From contig NW_026515696.1 of assembly GCF_025526975.1 (NCBI RefSeq), forward strand, positions 310,001-374,000: a DNA stretch of 64,000 nucleotides, given 5' to 3'. The stretch comes from Fimicolochytrium jonesii (taxonomy: Eukaryota). The translations under genes were made by a program, and so were the position numbers. Under the pieces are notes generated by a model. That model made no database searches. It was not told the origin of the DNA and saw only the letters and a list, made by a program, of their open reading frames with translations. Below are positions 36,565 through 46,628 of this stretch, in pieces. Position 1 is the first letter of the stretch; every line of letters begins with the position of its first letter.

Positions 36565-37805
36565 TCGATTTGACGGGAGGCGGGGGGTTATGTTACCCGG
36601 GTACCTATTGACTTGACCTGTAGGTTTTATTTGGTTTGGCGTAGTTTTAGAGAGTATGGTAGAGATGTAGGTAGACCTTAGAGCCCTTGTATGCGAATCT
36701 TGAGCGGGGAGGAAACCTGATAGAACACGACGGTTCGTAGATTAGAAATGGATGTAAACGTTACATACAGCTCTACCCAGCATCTATCTATCTATCTATC
36801 TATTCAGCGAATGATATCTATTTCTCTACTTTACTTTCGAGATCACTCCACCTTGAGTCTTCCAAAGGCGGATCGCCAATACGCGTGGGCTCGTATATAC
36901 AATTTCCCCAGACATGCAAGAACATCCGGTATTACGTACTGTAAACGCTCCAATCTTTCACGTCCCCTGCTCAGTTTCCCGTGAGAGCAGGCCATGTCTT
37001 CCAGAGAGACGAGAGACGGGTCCCCGCACGAAAACACCCGCAGAAGCATCGCGTGGGAGGACGTATGTCCACGACGCACACGCATCCCGCCCATCCCTCC
37101 TGCGCGCCCGTCCCACACTCATTCCAAGTCGGCGTGCACACGGAAAAAGCAGATGGCCAGTGTGTCGCTCACGAGTCGGGGACGTGGCGCGAGTCCGGGA
37201 GTGTACATACACGACGGAGGGAGCCCCCTTCGCGAGTGCGGAGCCTGTCCCCGCATTGCGGAAATAGGACGTCGCTGGGGGGGGGGGGGAGTCCCCTTTC
37301 CTTTTCGTGTCGCGTGTCGCGTCCAAACGGCGGTGTATTTCCGCGCGCCCATCTTTTTTTGTTGGTTTCCGTCTCCCGCGCATCTCCTACGTATCGCCGC
37401 GGTACCTGTAGATGTAGAAGGTGACAGTACAGCCGGCATCCCTGGTTGGACACCGGACTCCTTTTTTCATTGCGCGATATATATATATATACGCATCACG
37501 GCTGTCCGGACCCCTGTCAGAGCGGACCGCCGCCCGAGACCAGATCCCCGGGGACCTTGCGGACCGCCCGGGGTATTTTCCACGGAAGTCGTGACGTGCG
37601 TCCCCATACCCGCCCGTGATACGGGCTCAACACAGAAGCATATCGGGTGAGGGGTCGGTGTAGGTGCGCGGGTGTCGACGGTGGAGGGGGTGGACGGACA
37701 ACCCACTCGGCTAGGGTTGTACGACGCCCGGTCGCGGAGCTGAGGAGGGGGCTGGCTACGAGATCCGGTAGTGCGGGCGGTCTCGCATGGATACAGGCTC
37801 GTCCG

Positions 37806-39420
37806 TTACGGTCCAGCCTTCCGGGAAATATGCGGTGGCGGACGCGTGGCATTTTCGGTACCGATAAATCCCCGAGGAGGGGGGGCTTTGAATATGATGT
37901 TCGGTCCCACTGTTGGCACCAGCGTGGTCGGCGGATGGAACGTTCTCGGTGGCCGCGGAACACCTGTCGTCAAGTCCTCAACGGCAGGGTTGAGCGATGA
38001 CGACGGGTCGCAGCCAGGCTCCTGTGGTGTCAGGAAGGGGCGGAGGAGGAAACGAAAGAGGACGCACGTGGACCGCTCAACCCTCTCCGACCGCGGACGT
38101 CGACGCCCGAGGGAAGGGTGCGCTTCCTGGGCATGTAGAACGGGTACTGTGAAGACGGATCCGCTCTCACTCCCTTGTTTGCGAGAACCGGACAAAAAGA
38201 GGGTGTTAGCTGGAGTGAACCGTGTCACGTACTTCTTCGTGCGGATGTGACCCACACCCATTGATCGAGGTCTGTAGACCCTCTGTCTGTTCGCGGCGGA
38301 GAATGTGTGGGATCTACCCAGCGCACTGCGAGCAATTCTGGATTGATCAATCCGGTTGTCTTCGTTCTTTCGAGCCTGGTTAGAGCTCTGGGTGGCCTCA
38401 CGCCCCCTGTCACTCCGGCTACAGCGCTCTTGACGTTGATCACGTAGCCGACCCGCACCTTCCCCCTCCCGAAAAGTTCCAATCAAAAGCCGGGTTAACA
38501 ACATCAGAGATGACTCCGAAACGTGGCGCCTGACATCGGACATCCGCCTTCGAGTCGTTGTAGCCGCTGTTTGCCTTAGACCCGTTCAGAAGATTCCAGA
38601 AGATCCGATTGATCTCACGCAATCCTTTGCGGAGGGGCTAGCCGCCAGCGCAACTCGGACCTCTTCCTGGTATTCCACTGTACGGATTTCGCTTCCTCCA
38701 CGCGGTGCCCCTCCTCCTCTTCCCTCCGCGCAATGGGTTTTTGCAGTCTTTCCGCCTGGCAAGAAAGCGAGGGTCAGTGCTACGTAACACACTGAAGACC
38801 ACGTCTTTCAACTCACTGCTTTAACTCTTAACGTCCGACGGGCTGAACCTGCGTCGCGCTATGCTCATCGCCACCGCGTCAAAGAGGTCCTCAAGGCCGG
38901 CGCGGCCTGGCGAGATGGCTCGGAATCCACAACGCTCTCACTTCCTCGTATCCCGTCGCAGCCTGAAAGTTCTGCGTCCGATGCAATGCCTGAGTTCTGG
39001 AAGCTTCTGATCGCATGTTGACGGGTTCACGTACGCGCATCTTTCCGATTTCGACAGACGCCCAGTTTGGCGGGAAGGAGGCGCATCAACGAACTTTCCC
39101 AACGGCGTAAGCATTCCCATCGCCGGCATCTTCTGAACATGCACAAAGCACGACTCGGCTTCATAATAATAATAGTAGTGTTGGCCTTCTGCATATGCGG
39201 GACGGAGATGCGGAGGGAGCAGGTGTGCGAAACCCTCGCACTGATCTCCGGTCAGGCCGTCCGCAAACCAGCCTTCGGTTGACTTACGAAACCACTCAGA
39301 TTCAAGTTACAACGTCCGGAACGAATATACCGGACTTTGAATATTCATCGTCGACTCCACCCGGCACTGGGTCTCCTTTCTTCTTGTCCTTGCATCTCGC
39401 GGCTTGAGCCGTCTGGAAAC
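37806..39420 (-). pseudogene. Decayed intron-containing gene, possibly a Crypton-like tyrosine recombinase relic
   Basis: Candidate introns at 39287-39241 (GTAAGT..CTGAC..CAG), 38816-38756 (GTGAGT..CTGAC..CAG) and about 38232-38174 (GTACGT..CTAAC..AAG). Exonic sequence has stops and frameshifts. Confidence 0.4.
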
Positions 39421-39474
39421 CCTGCTCGTAAGTGTTACCCCAGTCCCACTCGCGAAACCCTGTTCCGGCGCGGT

Positions 39475-39785
39475 TCGGAACGGTCAGGTCGGTTAAGCCC
39501 AGGCCAAAAGCGACCCGTTCTTTATGGCCGGCGAGGTCCCTGGGTGACTTCGTGGCTAGCCCAGATAAACGAGGGCGCTGGGAGGCTCGACCGCCGTCAA
39601 GGACTCCGTAGGAAACGGATCTGCTCTTATTTTGTGCGGCATTGTTTTCGTCCTGTGCTGGTCGGAATGGTCAGGTCAGTTTGCCCAGGCCAAAAGCCAC
39701 CCGTTCTTTATGGGCGGCAAGGTCCCTGGGTGACCTCGTGGCTAGCCCCAGATAAACGAGGGCGCTGGGAGGCTCGACCGCCGTC
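39475..39785. repeat. Direct repeat of about 125 bp (39475-39598 and 39662-39785)
   Basis: Both copies share GCCCAGGCCAAAAGC-ACCCGTTCTTTATGG...GATAAACGAGGGCGCTGGGAGGCTCGACCGCCGTC. Confidence 0.9.
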
Positions 39786-40647
39786 GAGAACAGCATTGGC
39801 TCGCGCATTGTTTGCGAGTGGTTACGATTTGTTTGCGCAAAGGATGGTTCGGACCACTTCCTCTTCTTCCTTTCCCCCCTTCGTTGGGTGCCTCCTCGCT
39901 TTTGATCTCGGACACCTCCGTGTCGTCGATGTTACGGAGGGTGAGCAGGCATGCTGCAGTCTCTCACCTGTCTCTGGTGAGGACGTCCGCAAACTAATCC
40001 GCAATTCATATTCGTGAAAACGCCCACATTGTCTGCTACCAAAGGTGCGGCGAAGCCTGAAAATCGACCCGTACGAGCCTTATACCTATCAACGGGTTAT
40101 GGTTGCTTCGCGGCTGGTGCGTTATCCTCCTGTACTTTGGCACTGTTTCGCCCCGTTGGCTTATGTCCGTACCTCTCTCTCGCCCCTACTACCCCAAGGA
40201 CAGATTCTTAACCCCGGCGTCAATGCATATGGCAAGCAATGCTCCGGTCCGAAGCAGATATCGGGCCAGCCGGGCGTCGAGGCAGATGTCAAGCATGTCC
40301 CGTTGCCATTCAATTCTCCGCTCTACCAAAAATCAACGTGGAGCCCTTCGTCGAGGCGGATGTGTTGACTGTCATGCGGGCAGACCGGCATGTGGCATAA
40401 TCTAAAGTACTTCTGCAGATTTCTACATCGGCATTAGCTACCTTGGTAATGTAACAGCACCCCGCTCCCCTCAGCAACGTATCGAGAGGGTTTGCTAACT
40501 TCATTCGTAATACATAGGAGCCCATAAAAGCAACCCAGGCGCTGCACTCTCCTGTACACACGTCTTTTTTGAAGCCATTTCTACACAACAAACAGTACGG
40601 TACGTCTGGAAAGGCCGTCGTGGAGGTCCTCTCGGGATAGTGGCAAA

Positions 40648-40780
40648 GCCCGCTCCCGTGGCATATAACGGGACGCCCGCTCCCGTGGCATATAACGGAA
40701 CGGCCGCTCCCATGCCATATAACGGGACGCTCGCTCCCGTGGCATATAACGGGACGCCGTCCACCGTGGCATATAACGGG
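40648..40780. repeat. 27-bp minisatellite x5 with an internal palindrome
   Basis: Unit approximately GCCCGCTCCCGTGGCATATAACGGGAC; core TCCCGT-GGCATATA-ACGGGA. Confidence 0.92.
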
Positions 40781-42929
40781 GTGTTGTGATGCCAGAGAGG
40801 CGAGCTTCCCACGTGCAATATATGTGCTTTGATTCACTCGGTTGTTGCGTGAGCTAATGACTGTTGTTTGTCATTTTTCTCTTGCTGCCCTTCCTACTTC
40901 CTTTCTCTCATTGATTCTAGTCTCAACAACGAAAATGCCGGGGGAAATCGAGCGACCGCGAGAGATTACAACGTCAGGCACTCCCAAAAGAGCATGCTAC
41001 CGTTTGGCCTGTTTCGTATTAAGGGGCTTCACCTCATTCGCTTTCCAGTCGAAGGTTGGGCGGACACCTTCGGGACTGTAATGATAGTTGTATGCAAATA
41101 TAACCTATCGTGTGCTCACGGAGCAGAATCCAATGAGAAACAATGGCGCAAAGTTGTTATGACCCAGCGTTGAGCAGTGGATGACATTCCCTGCTCAATT
41201 GTGAACAACCCCGAGGACTCACTTCCCCAAGTACGCAGCAGGATGTTACTCGCTTGACCTCTGCGGATAGCATATGCTATCGCCTCCGTCCGGCCTTACC
41301 CGCCAGCATGCACAAATTTGCCCATGACCGAGTTGGACGGGGGTTGGGTGGACGTCACAATGAACCCACGGCAACCTTGTCGACATCGGACTTTGGGCCG
41401 GAAAATCTGACCAAAACCGCAATATTCCTTCAAGGGCCTTTCCCGCACGAATCGAATACGCTAATAGATGAGGTTGTGCTGGTTCGGAACTGGATATACA
41501 CCGCGTTCGGAGAGTTGGCACTCGGAAAAGCTACAGTTTTGCTGATGACAGTCCTTTCCCTAGTTTGTAAAACGACGATGCCCTGGGCGGTGCTCTATAT
41601 TGTGATCGTGCCCCTCACGAGACGCACTGAATCAACCGAAGGTTGCTTCCCACACATCTTCGTAAATGTGGGCGAATCACTAGCAAATTGCTTTCGCAGG
41701 CTGCCATAAAGGCGTAGCGCATGCCTAGGACGGTGCCTTGGGGTTCATCCATCTTCGAAACACCGATCGTCGCGTCCCATCTCCGTTAAGTGTTGGTGCC
41801 GGTGGAACCCTCCATATTTCCGTTCTGCGTCGGTGCTCCGCGCAAACCGGTGCTTCTCTGGTTCGAACCGAGGGTCCGTCCACCCGCCACCGTATCCGGA
41901 TATACCGGAAAGGCTCTCGTCGCCCGAGCTCGAGAATTGAACCCGAGCGGAGAAGCCTGGCTCAACACACCGCCCTTGACCACCCGAAGTCTGGCCTCAA
42001 ACGACATTTCCGTTCCGTTTCCCTCGATGTCGATGTTGGGCCGACGACCTCTTAGCGAGCACCGATGCATAACAAGCTGGATCTTGCATTCCGGCCGACA
42101 TACACACAGACGCTATGGAGGCACCTTCCACTCCTCGTCCCGTCTTCTCTCTCCCCACCCGCGAGTGTGCGTGCCGTAGGATGCCTTGTAGTAGCATGCC
42201 TACGTTGAATACGTAGCTTTCAAGGTGGAAATCTGATATCTGAAATGGAGCTGGACGCGCACAAGCCCACTTCAGATTCACCTGTCGAAGACGGGAATAA
42301 CGGCCTCCGCGATGGATCGCAGACATCGCAATCTGAATCGATGAGAGGCGGGCGGCTCTGCGGATGCTGCTCAGCGGGTATGAATCGACAAGCACCGCTT
42401 CCTCGCTACAATCAGCCCGCCCCTCCGATGCTTCCGGATATGCACATTCGTCGTTGGGGACGAAAAAATTGCAAATTCATTACTCCCGGGCTAGTGGCAA
42501 ATTAAAAGATATTACCGGGCGGCTTGCCAGTGGCCCCATATACTCTCAAAACAACAAAAAAAAGACTTTCTCAGCCTGGCGCCTTGCCAAGCGGAATGCA
42601 GCAACAGCTCGCTGTTTTATTTTCCGAGTCTCCCTCATCGATCCCCAATCCTTTGCGTTGTTCTCGCCAATCGGAGAGATGATCATTGCATGGACCGAGC
42701 GGTATTGCTAGGGTGGACGTTCCTTCGCAGAGATACGCTCTGGTGTTGCGTGCTTTTCGTCGGGCACACTGATCATTGATAGATTAGCTAGGCACGTAGG
42801 GAAGGAGGGACAGCGACCGGGAGGAAGGAAGGACCCGGGGTCGGTATAAAAGCCAAGGCAGCTGGTTGCCAGTTTTCCAAGCCTGCATCCCAACACCGTC
42901 CCCCTCTTCACCCGAAATCTCTCTCCGAA

Positions 42930-43775
42930 ATGGTTTCAGTCAAACTTTTCGGCATCCTTGCCGCCTCCTTCGCTGCCATCGCCAGCGCCTTGCCCACAAA
43001 CTCCCTCACACCCCGCGCCGATGGGCCCCTCGACTATCCATACGGGTCCTCGGACATCTCCGTCATCGGCAGCACCTACTTCCAAACCAGCGAAGTAGTC
43101 TACCATGGGATGTACCAGCGCTTTTACAACTTCACTGCAACCCTCGCCGTTCGAAACAAAGCCTTCGAGAAAGACGTGGGAGTCCGTTGGTCAGACGACA
43201 ACTGGCAGACCTCGAAAGAAGCATCCGCCCACTACGTCGCCAACCTCGACCAGCCGGGCTTTGAGCGATGGGAAGTCCTTGCCGGTCAATGGTCGACGAT
43301 TTCGTACCTCCCCCAAGGCGATCCGGACCCGACATTCACCGCCTATGCGTCTTTTGCAAAGGGGCCGCGTGTGTGGGACCCTCGCCCGAACTACGCCATC
43401 GTGCACAAGGCGACGCAGAACAACCCTATCGCATACATCTCATCCACGGTCGAATTCATCCCTTCCCGCTCGGCCGCGTTCTACCTCAAGGGGTCCGTCC
43501 GCACGTACGCATTCGACAAGGCCGACGAACAGGCCAACAAACTCGTCGTCCGCTGGTCCGTTGACGGGTGGAAGACTTCCACCGACACCCCTGCCTCGAC
43601 TTACAACCCGACTGACAAGACGTTCGCGTTCGATTTCCCGGTGGTCAACAGCACTGGCGCGCCCGTTCCTGACAAGGTGGCGTTTGCAATCCGCTATGAT
43701 ACCTCGAAGGGAACTTTCTGGTACAACAACGAGGGGAAGAACATTGAGGCTTACATCCCGACCCCGAATGTGTAG
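42930..43775 (+). CDS. Secreted protein with two tandem CBM21-like (starch/glycogen-binding) modules; intronless
   Basis: Signal peptide; AVRNKAFEKDVGVRWSDDNWQT and LVVRWSVDGWKT...FAIRY...FWYNNEGKN. TATA box at 42845. Confidence 0.8.
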   Translation: MVSVKLFGILAASFAAIASALPTNSLTPRADGPLDYPYGSSDISVIGSTYFQTSEVVYHGMYQRFYNFTATLAVRNKAFEKDVGVRWSDDNWQTSKEASAHYVANLDQPGFERWEVLAGQWSTISYLPQGDPDPTFTAYASFAKGPRVWDPRPNYAIVHKATQNNPIAYISSTVEFIPSRSAAFYLKGSVRTYAFDKADEQANKLVVRWSVDGWKTSTDTPASTYNPTDKTFAFDFPVVNSTGAPVPDKVAFAIRYDTSKGTFWYNNEGKNIEAYIPTPNV

Positions 43776-44224
43776 ATGACGGGGATCGATTTCGTTTTCT
43801 AGAATATAGATAGGATACCGACTTCTGCTCGTTAGATAGATATACTTTTTCTCATACATACCTTTACACACCCCGCACGCTCTCATGTTGAGGGGTCTCC
43901 TTCTCCTGTGTGCAGAGTGAAAAAATCATGAATGTTGCGTTGACGTTTGCCGACTGTGGGGGATCCCTTGTGAAGCGAGGTGGAAAAGTTTCGCAGAGCT
44001 CAAAATGGGACCCATTCCCCTTTGGGCAAACCGCCGGAGTCTACAGCACACCTGCCGATAAGAGGAGCGTTCTTTTGCAGGTGAAGTTGCCGGGAGATGG
44101 TCGTGCGGTGGAAGTGACCGCTACTCGCGGTCAACCGTCATAACGTAATCGTGGCGGAAGCCTCTCATGATTCATGTTTTAAGTCACGCTTGTGTAACGC
44201 CAACGCCTAAAGCAAGCATCCAAA

Positions 44225-44297
44225 GCCCGGTTAGCTCAATCGGCAGAGCGTGAGGCTCTTAACCTCAAGGTTGCGGGTTCGACCCCCGCATCGGGCT
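44225..44297 (+). tRNA. tRNA-Lys (CTT), copy 3
   Basis: Identical to 14804-14876, followed by an oligo-T run. Confidence 0.97.
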
Positions 44298-44520
44298 TTC
44301 CTTTTTTGCCTTCGTCATTTTCGCGTAACTTTTCTGTTGATCCTTCTATTCACTTTTGGCAGTGTCATTTTGCTGGAACACGCTTAACGAATCAACCCTA
44401 TCCGTTGTCATCCAAGCATAGCTTTCCTCTTTCGTCCTCGTCATTTTCGCATAGGATTTCTGTTGATCTTTCCATTCACTTTTGGCCGTGTCCTTGCTGG
44501 AAGACGCTCAACGAATTAAC
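44297..44520. repeat. Diverged tandem duplication (period about 125 bp) of the tRNA 3' flank
   Basis: TCGTCATTTTCGC...TTCTGTTGATC...ATTCACTTTTGGC-GTGTC...TTGCTGGAA-ACGCT-AACGAAT occurs twice. Confidence 0.75.
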
Positions 44521-44920
44521 AATATCCGTCGATGACGCCTTTCTTACTGTGGTAGGCTCTTCATCCGATTTGTATGTGACGATGGGATGAGGTAGAGCGT
44601 TGCACGATGTGGGAGTAGATTCAGGGTCCGGAAACGAATAAGAAAACGTGGAGTGGTTCTGCTGTATCTGGGCTTGGGTGTTGACTTCCCCGAGGATCTT
44701 CACCGCTTCAGTCACTGGTGATTCAAAGGTGGCCGACAAATGCTCTCACGTATGCGGGTAGACCGAAGGCACGACTCAGTCACCTTGGCAAAACGAGCCG
44801 ATCGATCTTCGTGGATGGGTTCGACCTGCATATATATACGTAGTTGAAAGCGGAGTAGAAGGGCGTTCCCGACGCACATCTCCTCCCCCTTTCACTCTCA
44901 CTCTGAGCCTCACACCGATC

Positions 44921-45655
44921 ATGCTCACTCTCCGCTCATTCCCCGTAGCCTCGCCAGCAGACGCTGCCAGAGCAACAATCGTTAGACCCGTGCTTCGCCG
45001 ACTGGAGCTCAGCTTCAACAGCAACGGAAACAACGATCAGATCTGCAATCTGTTCGCAAAGGCGCTGCGTCTCACAGATTTTGACCACTCTCACATCACG
45101 GAAGAAGAGCGAGCGGCCGTGCGCTTGATACTCACGGCCATCGGCCCGATCACCGTTGCTTGTGCAAAATGGAACCTTCGCAACCAGCAACAGCCCGTCT
45201 TCTGTTTCGGTGGGACATCTGCTGAGGAGCATGTAGCTCGAGTAGCTCATTCTTGTGCCAAACCTCTTTCTGTTCAGTTCTTGGAAGCAGGCCCCGCCAT
45301 ATCAAACCATGGTAGCCATCCCTTCGCGAAGTCGTCGCCGTCGTCCGATGGAGCTTGTCTCCGCAGACACATGCACAAGGCCTTGCCGGGGTTGGTGGAG
45401 AAGCTTGTTGGTGGAACGATCGCCCCGGTAATCAGCCTCGGCGGTGTGGGGCTGATGAGAGAGCGTATACACTCTTTCTTGCCTTCGAAGTTCACTTTTG
45501 CCAGCCTTTTCTTCGAAGAATCTTTGGGCCGGCACCCTATGCCAAATCTGGACTGGATGGACTGCCACCAGACAGTCACACTCACACCCTTCTCATTCCT
45601 TCTTGTTGCAGAGTTCGCTCGTTTCCAAATCTGGGAGTCAAAAACCAGCGAGTAG
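44921..45655 (+). CDS. Hypothetical protein (exon structure uncertain)
   Basis: 244-aa ORF preceded by a TATATATA element near 44830; no recognisable domain. Confidence 0.35.
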   Translation: MLTLRSFPVASPADAARATIVRPVLRRLELSFNSNGNNDQICNLFAKALRLTDFDHSHITEEERAAVRLILTAIGPITVACAKWNLRNQQQPVFCFGGTSAEEHVARVAHSCAKPLSVQFLEAGPAISNHGSHPFAKSSPSSDGACLRRHMHKALPGLVEKLVGGTIAPVISLGGVGLMRERIHSFLPSKFTFASLFFEESLGRHPMPNLDWMDCHQTVTLTPFSFLLVAEFARFQIWESKTSE

Positions 45656-46628
45656 TCTGACGTCCATTTCCCTGCTAGCAATGCTTATGGCCTAACCGGG
45701 ACCCACACCTTGCCATTCTTCCAACCACAGCTTTCAACTTGCGTTCAACTTGCGATGGAACGGGAACGGATTACCTGTCATACACCACTCAATGCCTAGC
45801 TGAGCATGATCCCAAGACCTTTCCATTCGCCAGAACAAACCACAAAACAACTCATCAGCGACATTACGCTTCTCCGCCAACTGCCTTCCATCTATTCAGG
45901 CCTACTTCCGTTCAGCGGCTACGGTTGAGCCCACCACCGCGCGGGGAACGTGGAGCTGTTTTCAAAGGGAAGTCGTTCGTATTGAGGGTGGCTGTGGGAC
46001 GATGCGCGATGTTTGAAGTGACTGAGAGGATTTTCTTACGTGCCTATTTGCCTCCCGCTGTATTGAGACATCGCTTATTAGTCTGGATCCTTGAAGAGCC
46101 GTAGGGCCTTGTTCTTCAAATCCGCTCTATCAGCTCCCGATATGTTTGTTTTCTTTGGGGTCAGGTCTGGGCCCCATTCCCTGCCGCATCCGCAGACAGC
46201 GACATGCGGAAGCGGCCAAACGACCTTGTATGCACGGAGTAGCGCCTGCGCGCCGGTTGTTGGAAAGCCCATGGTTGACTGTCAGTTGGACGCGCTGTCG
46301 AAATCGGGGTGAGCTCCTCCGCTCAATATTCTTTCTTGCGCCGCAAACTTTCCATTGTGCACTTCAAATCCAGGTGATTGCGTGGCGTTTGCCGACGTGG
46401 GCACCGCAACACCGGAAAACTAAATTCAACCTTCGAAGAGCTATGAGTGATGTTAATTTTGCCCCGGGAACTGCATCGCGAGCGTTGTGTACCGTAGGAA
46501 TGTTTGGGTGGTCAACGGACGGTTGAGTTCTGCCATCCTCACGCTGAGCTCACCTCTTCGGCGATTCGCGGCGCATATTTCGCTGCTTGCGAGCGATACG
46601 GGATCAGAGCGTGTTCGAAAGTTTCACC

